From Octopus sinensis (Eukaryota): a stretch of 64,000 nt of DNA. Position 1 is the stretch's first letter, and every line of letters begins with the position of its first letter. Made by a program: the position numbers and the translations under genes. The stretch is from assembly GCF_006345805.1 (NCBI RefSeq), contig NC_042998.1:171492001-171556000 (forward strand). The letters run 5' to 3'. The notes below the pieces were generated by a model. The model searched no databases. It had not been told where the DNA came from and was given only the letters and a program-made list of their open reading frames with translations. Below, one piece after another: positions 1 through 11,287 of this stretch.

Positions 1-156
1 GTACACATACACACACAGTTTGTATTTATATACATATAGATATAAATATGTATGTACACTTATTTGCATATATATAATCTCTCTCTCTCTCTCTCTTTCT
101 CTCTCGACACACATATATACCTGTATATATATATATTATATATATATATATATATC

Positions 157-1310
157 TCTTATTATAAAAGGCAGATTTTATCTGCCTCCCTTTGGGAGTT
201 ATAGAAATCTACAATATAGGATTTCTTCAATTACAATTTACCTAGCAATTTTAAGAGTACAATGCATCGCGTCATGCCAGGTCCAGTTTTTAAAATTTTA
301 ACTCCAATTAAGCAAAATTTACAGAAAACTCACATTCTGGTGGTGTGTCAAACGCTTTTCTTAGTCTGGTTTACACCACACGCAAACGCACACACACACA
401 AGGGAGCGAATTGTTCACTGACGCTATCACCTTCTCTCCTTTTGTCTTTGCAAGTTGGCAGCTATTAAAGTGAAAACAGTGAATCCGACAGCGATTAGAA
501 CACGAATTAGCACCTGAATGGAGTGAAAATTTAAAAACTGTTTCTTTCGGTGATTTTTCTGAAGAAACTGCACCAAGCCACAGACTTTCCCAGAAGGGTA
601 AAGCCTTAGCTATTTCTATTTACTTTTTCGAATGAGCCCATTTGAAATCATTACGGCAGAAACAGAAACGAAACGTTACGCTAAACGTAAACAAAACGAA
701 AGAAACGATAGTTTGTTATTTCCCACAACCTTAAATGAAATTAAGGCCTATTTTACCATAAATATTATTATGGGTATCAGAAAGTTACCAGAATAACAAA
801 TTCTATCGTAAAATTTTGTTGTATACCCAATTGAATATTAGCTAATAACCCATTTTCTATAGCGATGTTTGAAAAAAATTTTAATAATTTTACAGAATGT
901 TACCCAGAGAATAAAAATTCTATCGTAAAATTTTGTTGTATACCCAATTGAATATTAGCTAATAACCCATTTTCTATAGCGATGTTTGAACAAAATTTTA
1001 ATAATTTTACAGAAAGTTACCCAGAATAACAAACGAGCCCTTCAGGGTATTAGCGCGCGTCTACGATGAGTCTACGATTTAAAAAAAAATTACGATCATA
1101 TTTTTCCATTTAATTGCATTTTTTTCGCTTTTATATAAGGGAAGTAACTCTCTAAAAATATCTACGATGTGTCAAGATTTAAAGAAAATTACCTTAATTT
1201 TTTTTCAATTTTTAATGCATTTTTTTGCTATTTTTTGGCTATAACTCTCTAAAAATGCTTATATAGTTATTTCCCTTACAAACCCGAGCAACGCCGGGCG
1301 ATACTGCTAG
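157..1310 (+). mobile_element. Non-autonomous Helitron, tandem copy 1
   Basis: 5' TC(TTATTATAAAAG), 3' hairpin CCCGAGCAACGCCGGG followed by GATACTGCTAG. No TIR or TSD; left flank is (TA)n. Confidence 0.8.
781..1031 (+). repeat. Internal ~114-bp tandem repeat of Helitron copy 1 (2 units plus a partial)
   Basis: Unit AAGTTACCCAGAATAACAAATTCTATCG...AATTTTACAG at about 781-895 and 896-1012. Confidence 0.9.
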
Positions 1311-2572
1311 TCTTATTATAAAAGGCAGTTTTATCTGCCTCCCTTTGGGAGTTATAGAAATCTACAATATAGGATTTCTTCAATTACAATTTACCTAGCA
1401 ATTTTAAGAGTACAATGCATCGCGTCATGCCAGGTTCCAGTTTTTAAAATTAAACTCCAATTAAGCAAAATTTACCAGAAAACTCACATTCTGGTGTGTG
1501 TGTCAACGCTTTCTTAGTCTGGTTTACACCACACGCAAACGCACACACACAAAGGGAGCGAATTGTTTCACTGACGCTATCACCTTTCTCCTCCTTTGTC
1601 TTTGCAAGTTGGCAGCTATTAAAGTGAAAACAGTGAATCCGACAGCGATTAAGAACACGAATTAGCACCTGAATGGAGTGAAAATTTAAAAACTGTTTCT
1701 TTCGGTGATTTTTCTGAAGAAACTGCACCAAGCCACAGACTTTCCCAGAAGAGTAAAGCCTTACACTATTTCTATATTTACTTTTTCGAATGAGCCCATT
1801 TGAAATCATTACGGCAGAAACGAACTGTTACGCTAAACGTAAACAAAACGAAAGAAACGATAGTTTTGTTATTCCCACAACCTTAAATGAAATTAAGGCC
1901 TATTTTACCATAAATATTATTATGGGTATCAGAAGTTACCCAGAATAACAAATTCTATCGTAAAATTTTGTGTATACCCAATTGAATATTAGCTAATAAC
2001 CCATTTTCTATAGCGATGTTTGAACAAAATTTTAATAATTTTACAGAAAGTTACCCAGAATAACAAATTCTATCGTAAAATTTTTTTGTATACCAATTGA
2101 ATATTAGCTAATAACCATTTTCTATAGCGATGTTTGAACAAAATTTTAATAATTTTACAGAATTTTACCCAGAATAACAAATTCTTCGTAAAATTTTGTT
2201 GTATACCCAATTGAATATTAGCTAATAACCCATTTTCTATAGCGATGTTTGAACAAAATTTTAATAATTTTACAGAAGTTACCCAGAATAACAAACGAGC
2301 CCTTCAGGGTATTAGCGCGCGTCTACGATGAGTCTACGATTTACAAAAAAAATTACGATCATATTTTTCCATTTTAATGCATTTTTTTCGCTTTTATATA
2401 AGGGAAGTAACTCTCTAAAAATATACGATGTGTCAACGATTTAAAGAAAAATTTACCTTAATTTTTTTTCAATTTTTAATGCATTTTTTTGCTATTTTTT
2501 GGCTATAACTCTCTAAAAATGCTTATATAGTTTTTCCCTTACAAACCGAGCAACGCCGGGCGATACTGCTAG
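1311..2572 (+). mobile_element. Non-autonomous Helitron, tandem copy 2
   Basis: Starts directly after the CTAG of copy 1 with TCTTATTATAAAAG and ends CAACGCCGGGCGATACTGCTAG|TATATA. Near-identical to copy 1 with one extra internal repeat unit. Confidence 0.8.
1933..2293 (+). repeat. Internal ~114-bp tandem repeat of Helitron copy 2 (3 units plus a partial)
   Basis: Units at about 1933-2046, 2047-2160 and 2161-2275. Confidence 0.9.
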
Positions 2573-2958
2573 TATATATATATATATATATATATAATAA
2601 AATATTAGGGAATAAATCCAAACTTACAGGGAAAAATCAGATTTAGGATTAAATCCAATTTTATAGTATAAATATATTATATTATATTATATTAAATTAG
2701 AGATAAAACCACTATTAGGCAAATCAAACAATGAAAAACATAAGCCAATACATAAAATTAATTTAATTTATATTATTTTAAATATATATCAAAAGTATTA
2801 AAAGTTTAATAAAAGATAAAGAGTAATATATATATATATTCGAAACGTAAAAGATTTTTTTTATTTATATTCCTGAGCGCCATACTAATACAATTGTTTG
2901 TTTGTATTCCACCTGCCTTCGTCTTTTGTTTATTTCATAAAGCTTCCCGTTATATATA

Positions 2959-4214
2959 CAGACATGCAGGAAGTAAATAGACACCTTTAATTTTCAAAAT
3001 GTCTAATCTAAGCGTCTTACTATGTTTTCAGCGGTGTAGAGTTTACAATGTAATCATTCTTTTTCATTCCAGGTGCCATTATATTAAAAGTTTACGAAGA
3101 GTAACCATTCCACGCACAAAAAATTCAGCAGAACTGTCATATTTTCAAAGAGGTCGTATTGTTGGGCAATCTGAGGCTGGTCTTAGGCAGCCAAAAATAG
3201 CCGAAAATCTTCAAATTCCTTTTATTAATAGAATTATAGTGCAATTCAAAAGACGAGGAAAAGAATCAACAGATTCTCGTCCCGGCTGACCTGGGCCCTC
3301 AGAAAGGAAGATTCGCTGTTTGAAGAGAATTGTAGAAAACGAACGTGTTCGAACGTTTCTGACATTGCAAAGCAGCTAGAAGTTGGTCCAAGAACGTGTG
3401 TTACATATGTGCATAAGCTTGGGTATTATGAACAAGCAGCTAGAAGAAAACCTCTTCTTCAAGCATGAAAAGAAAGAAATGGGCTAAGGAGATGTCAGAA
3501 AAACCCAGTTCATTTTGGGATAGAGTGATTTTCTCAGCTGAATCCAGATTTGCATTATTTTGAGACAGTAGACGTGTTTGGGTCTGGAGGCTTCCCAATC
3601 AAGAATTTGATTTGAAACGACTCCAACCAACTGTAAAACATGGCGGTATCTCTGTAATGGTATGGGGAGCTGTCACCAGCAATGGTCGTTCTGAGCTGAT
3701 CGAATGTGTTGGAACCATAAAGTCTGAAAAATACATCGAAATACTTATGCAAAGACTACTTCCGATGTATTCACACGATAACATAACAAAAAATGAGTTT
3801 TTATTCGTGGAAGATGGGGTTCCATGCCACACAGCGAAAAGGAATCAACAATGGCTGACTGAAGATGGGATCAAAAAGCTTCCTTGGCCGAGCCAATCTC
3901 CTGACATGAATCCAATTGAAAATCTGTGGAACATACTAGATAGAACGATACGAAAAACTCGACAGAAACCTATATCTAAAGATGAATTGTTTCGTTTTTT
4001 GCGTGAAAAGTGAGCAGAAATTCCACAAGAGACAATCACAAAGCTCATCAGTTCAATGCCAAAAAGCGTTTCTGAATTAATTACTGCAAAGGGAATGTCA
4101 ACTAAATACTAAAGTAAGTAGTCCTGCCTATCGATTACTTTTCAATTGTTCGCTTGGCGTATTAAATAAAAGATTTTGAAAATTAAAGGTGTCTATTTAC
4201 TTTCTGCATGTCTG
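2959..4214 (+). mobile_element. Full-length but defective Tc1-family DNA transposon (DD34E)
   Basis: 42-bp TIRs CAGACATGCAG(G/A)AAGTAAATAGACACCTTTAATTTTCAAAAT with one mismatch, TA on the left. Fragmented transposase with VMVWG, EDGVPCH and SPDMNPIENLW (34 residues between D and E). First catalytic Asp reads Ala (FSAES); stops and frameshifts present. Confidence 0.92.
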
Positions 4215-4230
4215 TGTATGTATGTGTATG

Positions 4231-4286
<56 letters not shown>

Positions 4287-4287
<1 letters not shown>

Positions 4288-5372
4288 CCTTCGAAACGCA
4301 GAGTAGATGAAACCATGGCGACTGAAGAAGGGGAATTTTCCTTGTGTTATTTGTCCTGTACTCTATTTTTGTTGTTGTTTAAGAAACATGTCCAGTTCCT
4401 TGGTTTTGTGTTTATGTTTTCGTTTCTCATTGTGTTCGACGTTTTTTTTTGTGTCCTGTACCCATATATGCGTGTATATATACATGTAGAGGTTGGTAGT
4501 ACATATATGTATATATATGCATATGTTTTATTTATTAATATATTATATGACAGAACGCACGCATCCATTTCTAAGTAAGATTGTTCTTGATATTAATAAT
4601 GATGCGCACTCTTGATCTTTCTGTCCCCTCCCTTTCTCAGCCTTCATTCTTTCTGGTTTCCTTTTCTCCTACTTAACTGTCTCTCCCTCTCTCTCATTTT
4701 TCACTCTCTCTCTCTCTCTCTCTCTCCCTCTCTCTCATTCTTCATTCTTTCTGGTTTCCTCACAACCATTCCCCTTTTTTCTCTCCCTTTCTCTTACTCC
4801 TCCTCCTCCTCCCTCCCTCCCGCCGTTAACCTGCGACGAGAGCTTTGCCACTGTCTTTCTGGCCTGACTTCCTTGAAGTATGAACGGCATTTTTCTTTGC
4901 TCCTTCGCCGTCCTCAATAATAGCGTTCATAATACTTTTTTTCGTTCGGCTTAACAGCCCTTCTTGTTTTGTTATTCTCCTTGTCCTGTCTTTTACTGTT
5001 TATATTTTGTACTGTCGTTACTGTCCTGTTTTTGTTACCATTTTTACCCCTCTGCAAAAAGATCTCAAATTTTATTTGATTTGCTTTTCGCAGGAAGGAA
5101 AGTTTCTATCGAAGATGCGTATCGCCTTCACCTTCGAAACGCAGAGTAGATGAAACCATGGCGACTGAAGAAGGGGAATTTTCCTTGTGTTATTTGTCCT
5201 GTACTCTATTTTTTGGTTGTTTAAGAAAAATGTCCAGTTCCTTGGTTTTGTGTTTATGTTTTCGTTTCTCATTGTGTTCGACGTTTTTTTGGTGTCCTGT
5301 ACCCATATATATACATGTAGAGGTTGGTACGTACATATATGTATATATATATGCATATGTTTTATTTATTAA
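4287..5372 (+). mobile_element. Retroelement remnant bounded by ~245-bp direct repeats (Penelope pseudo-LTR-like)
   Basis: ACCTTCGAAACGCAGAGTAGA...TTTTATTTATTAA repeated at 4287-4538 and 5130-5372. No coding remnant recognised; the family assignment is inference. Confidence 0.45.
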
Positions 5373-5384
5373 GATATATATGTG

Positions 5385-5458
<74 letters not shown>

Positions 5459-6235
5459 ATATGTATGTATATATATCAGAAATTAAAATAACAAGAGAAA
5501 GAGAAATATGGGGTTTAAACTTTACGACAGTTGTTTCAGTAGAATTTTCTTAATGTATTCATAAATTATATCATAGCATATAGTCCGTTACATTCGGGTA
5601 AAATTTTAGTTAAGATATCAAACAGTTGAGATAATACACCAAATATGATGAATCGAACATTGTTGGATAAGTGACATTTTAAAAAAACAACATTCAAATT
5701 TATAGAAAAATTAGAAGTAGTGGCTTTAAGAGTTATGCGAGAAGCAAAGAGATCAAACAGCTATATTATCTGAAATCACTTATCTAAATTAGTTTATAGC
5801 TAATATTGGCGTTGAGAGCGTACAAGAATCACAGATTTCACATTAAGGGGATTAAAGTCAAGCAGATATTTTGTCAGTTAAGTCAGACAAAAGGAGACAA
5901 ATCTCAAGGCAGCGGAAAGCCATAAAACTGTCATCACCATTTTGCTTCGTTAAAGCCGCCTTTTCCAATTTTCTTTTTCTTTAGCTCATAGATCTTGACT
6001 GAGTTAAAATACTTTGCATACTAAATAGAATTACGGTAAGGTCTCCCATATATGTTATGATAATTTCTACTATAGGTACAGGGCTTAAATTTTGGTGGAG
6101 GGTGAAAGTCAATTTTACAAACCACAGTACTTTTACTGATACTTAGATAATCGATTCCGAAAGAATGAAAGGCAAAGTCGGCCCCCTGCGGAATTTGAAT
6201 CCAGAATGTAAAACCGGAAGAAATACTGCTAAATA

Positions 6236-6790
6236 TTGGGTTGTCCTGAAAGTTTGTGCCGATTTTTAAAGGAAAGAAAAAGGTCAATAAATACTTGCCA
6301 TTACATTTTTAATCAACCAAATATGAACCATTTTGCTGCACAATGTGTCTCCATCTTTCCTTTAACTTGAAAAATCCTCTTCCCAGAATTGAAGTGGTTT
6401 CATGGCAAATAATTCATCAAGGTATCTTTTTACGTCATCCAAAGAATTGAAATTTTTACCATTAAGACTATTCTATAAAGACCTGAATAAGTGGAAATCC
6501 GAAGGGGCAATATCTGGTGAATATGGAGGGTGGGGTAACTCATCTCAGCAGAGCTGCAGCAATTTTTGTCTCGTTCCTAAAGCATCAAGTGACGAAAATG
6601 AACTTTCTTATCTTCCATTTTAAAGGGTTACAGAATTATAGGAACATAAACCTTCTTCCACGAAAAGATAGCTTAAACTGTGCTCTAAATGGAGGTGTAG
6701 TCAAATCCTATTTTATGGACTCAACCATGTTCTAAAATAAGTCGAAAGGTAAGCTACTATAAATCGACACGAACTTTCCGGACAACACAA
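6236..6790 (-). mobile_element. Internally deleted mariner derivative inserted into a SINE
   Basis: TIRs TTGGGTTGTCC(T/G)GAAAGTT... with TA duplication on both sides (6234-6235, 6791-6792). Remnant of the transposase start MEDKKVHF on the minus strand. The flanks join into one SINE sequence. Confidence 0.8.
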
Positions 6791-7119
6791 TATTCTGCCC
6801 GCCGTGCTAACGATTGTGCCACTTTGCAGCCTTTCTCGCATATTTAATGTAATGAGTCGCAAAATACCGATTAATCTACGTGTAAGTTAAAAAAAACTTG
6901 ACCAAAAAGACTCCCGAGAGGTTTAAACTCTGAAAGCATTACATATAAACTTTCGGACATGTATGGTTAAGAAGCTCGCTTTGAAAACACGTTGTTTCGG
7001 GTTCAGTTCCACTTTGAGGGACCGTGTGAAAGTGTCTTCTACTATATCTCTGGGGTCGGCCAGTTCCTTGTGAGTGAACGGAAACTGAGTGAAAGCCCGT
7101 CTTATGTATATATACATAT

Positions 7120-7151
<32 letters not shown>

Positions 7152-7168
7152 CAAGACGGGCTTTCACT

Positions 7169-7243
<75 letters not shown>

Positions 7244-7258
7244 AGACGGGCTTTCACT

Positions 7259-7310
<52 letters not shown>

Positions 7311-7400
7311 AGAATTCACACAAAAAAAAACAAAAAGACGAAGACAGGTGGTGTAGAAAACAAACAGATGTATTAGTATAACGCTCGGGAATTGAAAAAG

Positions 7401-7438
7401 TCTTTAACGTTTCGAGCCTACGCTTTTCCACAGAAAGG
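7401..7438 (-). ncRNA. Second tandem copy of the minimal hammerhead motif (stem II mismatch)
   Basis: CCTTT-CTGTGGA-A-AAGC GTAG GCTC-GAAA-CGT-T-AAAGA, offset 250 bp from the other copy. Confidence 0.5.
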
Positions 7439-7498
7439 AACACAGAAAGAAACAAGGAGAGAAAATAAAGAATGTGTAGTGGCTAGCGATCTATCATG

Positions 7499-7543
<45 letters not shown>

Positions 7544-7650
7544 GAAGAATTCACCCCCCCCCCCAAAAAAAAACAAAACAACAAAAGGCGAAGACAGGTG
7601 GTGTAGACAACAAACAGATGTATTAGTTTAACGCTCGGGAAGTGTAAAAG

Positions 7651-7688
7651 CCTTTAACGTTTCGAGCCTACGCTCTTCCACAGAAAGG
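7651..7688 (-). ncRNA. Minimal type I hammerhead ribozyme motif (core variant CUGUGGA)
   Basis: Minus strand reads CCTTT-CTGTGGA-A-GAGC GTAG GCTC-GAAA-CGT-T-AAAGG: stem I 5 bp, stem II 4 bp, palindromic stem III, GUU cleavage triplet. Confidence 0.65.
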
Positions 7689-7888
7689 AACACAGAAAGA
7701 AACAAGAAGAGAAAATAATGAATGTGTAGTGGCTAGTGATCTCTCATGGCGAAGGCCGGACAGAAGGGTTACACAGGAGAGCTAGGGAGAAGGGGAGATA
7801 ACAAAGTGGTGTTGATCTCAAAATGCAGGTGCGCGTGCTTTTGTATAAGAGTTGTATGTGGGTGTGGAAGAGGGCTGGTGATCTTGAC

Positions 7889-7919
<31 letters not shown>

Positions 7920-9545
7920 GGTGTGAAGATGTGGGGCTGGGAAGTGGTCAATGCTAGTGTGTGCGTGGTGGTGTGATGTGATGCGATGTGTTGTGTGATG
8001 TATTGGTGTATGGTGTAGTGGTGTGTGGTGTGGTGTGGTGTGATGGTGGTAGGAGGTAGGGGAGGCGAGAGTGGGGAAAGCAAGGTTGGGATGTGGGTTA
8101 GGTTGAGGGTGGAGTAGAGGTGGGGTTTGTGGGTAGGTAGAGGGGGGAGGTAGATGTGGGGTATGTGGAAGTGGATGTAAGGGATGGGAAGGATAGGGAA
8201 TGTGGGGTTGGAATGTGTAGGAGGGGTGACGATGAAGTGGGGGAAGGTGAAGGTGGGTAGGAGTGAAGAGAAGAGAGAAGGAGAGCTGGAGTGAAGAGAA
8301 GAAGTAGGAGTCGGAGCAAGAGAGGAGAGGTGGGTGGGAGGAAGTAGGTGTGAGGGGAAGAGAGGCGAGGGCAGGAGGTTAGATGAAGAGGGGAAGAGAA
8401 TTGAGCCCATGTGGAGCAAAAGAGTGAAGAGAGAAGATTAATTCCAGTTCACGGCGCAAACGGGAGTCCGGATAGCCTCTGTGCAAGGACAATCCGAACA
8501 CGGACAGGTGTTGCAAAGAATGACCGGTAGAGCGGAAATGGCGCGAGACCGAGGTGTCATTGCCGAGTAGGATGCATTAGAAGTGTTCCGCGAAGCGGCG
8601 TCCCGTTTGCCCGAATATATAGAGAAGGGCAGAGAAGAGAGAGAGAGAGAGAGCAGGAGATGCAGTAGAAGTGCAGGTGAAGGAGTCAACGATATGATAG
8701 GGTCGATGATAGGTGCCGGTGAGGAGGGCGGTGTTGGAGAGGTAAAGGCAAGTGCGGCAGTGTGGGCGGGAGCAGGGGAACGAGCCGGGTTGGGAGGTTG
8801 GGTTAGGGAAGAAGCTGTGGACCAAGAGGTCTCGTAGGATGTGGGCTCGTTTGAAGGCTCGGAGAGTGGTGCGTTGGAGAGGTAGGGTGGTGGGGTGGTA
8901 GGTGAAGGGAAAAGGGAGGTAGGAGACGGCGGGGTGGGTTCGGGTGGGGTGGGAAGAGTAGATGCACTGTCCACGGAACGTGCTCTGTCAAGGGCGGTGT
9001 GGATAGTGGTGAAAGGATATCCATGTAGAATGAAGTGGCGAGCCATGAGTTGAGACCGAGTCTCAAAGTCGTGGTCGTCACTTCAGAGCATGCGTAGACG
9101 TAGGAATTGGGAATAGGGGATGGAAATCTTGGAGTGTTTAGGGTGAGAGGAGGAGAAGTTGAGGTATGAGAGTGAGTCTGTGTTTGTAGTGGATGGAGGT
9201 GGTGAGAGTGGAGTGATGAATGCTGACCGAAATGTCAAGAAAGGAGACAGAGGTGTCAGAGATAGTGGAGGAGAAGAGGAGGGTAGGATGAAAAGATTCG
9301 ACAAAAGAGAGGATGAAGTCTAGATGTTCGCAAGAGAGTGTGGTCGCACCGATACAGTCGTCAATATAACGGCCGTATAGTTCGGGAGTGGGACCAGTGA
9401 AACTTGAGAATATTTGGGACTCAACGTAGCTAACGAACATGTTCGCATAGTTGGGGACCATTATATAATACAGATAGATAGATATATATCTGTCTATATA
9501 TATATATATATAGACAAGTCATCTCAAAACATCATATCTTGCAAG

Positions 9546-9585
9546 ATTTCCTGAAGAAGAGTTTCTAACCTCGAAATATTGAAAT
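9546..9585 (+). ncRNA. Minimal type I hammerhead ribozyme motif
   Basis: ATTTC-CTGAAGA-A-GAG TTTCTAAC CTC-GAAA-TAT-T-GAAAT: canonical CUGANGA and GAAA core, 5-bp stem I, palindromic AATATT stem III, AUU triplet. Confidence 0.6.
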
Positions 9586-11250
9586 TCAAGGTAAAAGTAC
9601 AAATCTGATTGTTCAAGTGCTTCGATTCTGTGTAAGAGCATATACTTACTCGATTGCTGGCATTTATCAATGTTTTCTCTGATAGTTTTAATGCAGTATT
9701 TTCTATGATTAGTAAATCTATCGGTATTTTTGACGACAGGAGTATGCTAGTGTTTTAAAATCTTACATCGCTGAAATCAATTAGAATAGCATGAACTTTA
9801 CACAATCTTATTTTCTTTCTTTAAACATCTGGTATTATAAGGACAGTCTATATATAATGAACAATTTGTTATTCTGTTTCAAACATGCTTGCTATAGAAT
9901 TTATCAAGATTTGGTTACATATAAAATGGATGCCACAAGACGGTAGAGAGGTGGAATAGATCAATAGGTGCTGGTCTAGTATTTAGTTTTGATAATTTTC
10001 TATGTGATCATCACAACCTTAAAATTTCGATTTTCTTTTCAGGGTCTCCGGATTAGTATACATACTGCATTCACTACATAAGATAAGTATCTTTGACTCA
10101 CAAGAAGTACTTCTGAAACAAATTGAAAGAATTCTAAGAAATGAAGCAAAATCCTGCTAGATAAGGTATTGATTTTTTAAAATTCACGAGTTCTAACTTT
10201 GCTGACAATCAATTCTATTTGCTTCCGTCAAGCAAATTTCCCCGAAATCATTCTAAATTATAGGTTCTGTTATATCCTCCACCTTATACTTTACCGCGAT
10301 TGCCTCTTCTCTAATGAATATTCCACATCAATAGGGCTTTTAGCATTACTTAACAACATTAACATGAATCACTGAGTCGATTTAGGTACCATAAAATCCA
10401 ATATTAAAGTGTCTCCACTTAATGTTATAATGATGCTATAATGTACAAACATTCAACTAACAAATGTATGAAACTTTAGCAGAGATAGAAAATTCTTGAT
10501 AGTAACAAGGAAGTTCTTGCTTGAAAATCATTAAGTAGAGTTATTTTTCTACAGGGGCACACACTTTCGGGGAGACATGTAGTCTATTTAATCCACACTA
10601 GGACTTGACTAGTAGTTATTTTACCGATTTCAGGAGGATTAAAAACAAATAAATAAGTTGCGAAATTAATATCAATACTAAATATTAATGTAAAATGACC
10701 GGTGGGATTAAAGAAATTGATGCCAATAATATATATTCTTATGAAATTAAACTAAATTAGTGCCTGTGAGTCAGATTAAGAGAGATCCACTACATTTGAA
10801 GTGTAGCATTTTGAACATGGATATTTATAAAATATTTATAATATTTATAAAAATACATGCAAATGTCAAACGACACTAAGAAACCAATTATAATAATTCA
10901 CTGATAAGATGCAATAATAAAACAGTATACAAGTGAAAATTTGCACGACGTATAAAAGATGGTTGCAGGCACTACGCAACCACGTGGTACCAAGTTCGAT
11001 CTCACTACACGGCATCTTGGTCTCGTGTCTTATGAACTCGGGCTGATTAATATCTTGTGAGTAGAAGTTGGTAGACGGAGACAGGGGAGATACCTCTCGT
11101 ATATATGTGTATATGTATTAACGTATGCTTTTATGATGTTATAAAAAGGAAAACAATATAATATTAATCCGAAGGATTACTGAATACTTTTTGTATTAGG
11201 GTGCATGTTTATTAAATTTTACGAGGAAAATGTTCAAAGTGACTTCGAAG

Positions 11251-11287
<37 letters not shown>

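Larger units (their letters stand above)
7310..9461 (-). mobile_element. 5'-truncated Penelope-like retroelement (RT plus GIY-YIG endonuclease remnant, C-rich 3' region, two tandem terminal repeats)
   Basis: ORF 9138..9461 has RT motifs PNYANMF and RYIDD. Downstream frames give IPYSQFLRLR and the GIY-YIG-like YI(F)GQTGRRFAEH. ~180-bp repeats at 7570-7749 and 7320-7499. Frameshifted. Confidence 0.85.

Noticed and set aside
781-2293. Regular ~114-bp repeats resembling a CRISPR array
   Set aside because: The units are contiguous with no unique spacers, there are no cas genes, and the context is eukaryotic and Helitron-internal.
5101-5190. Hammerhead-like words (CGAAGA, GAAACGC, CTGAAGAAGGGG) in the direct repeat, also at 4287-4340
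   Set aside because: I could not build a complete three-stem fold in type I or type II order; at best a decayed motif.
7769-8419. Long Pro/His/Ser-rich ORFs (also 30360-31142 and 30475-31083)
   Set aside because: Explained by stop-poor, C-rich low-complexity retroelement sequence rather than host genes.
10030-10090. Possible + strand exon after TTTTCTTTTCAG
   Set aside because: No recognisable peptide, no partner exons and only a weak donor.
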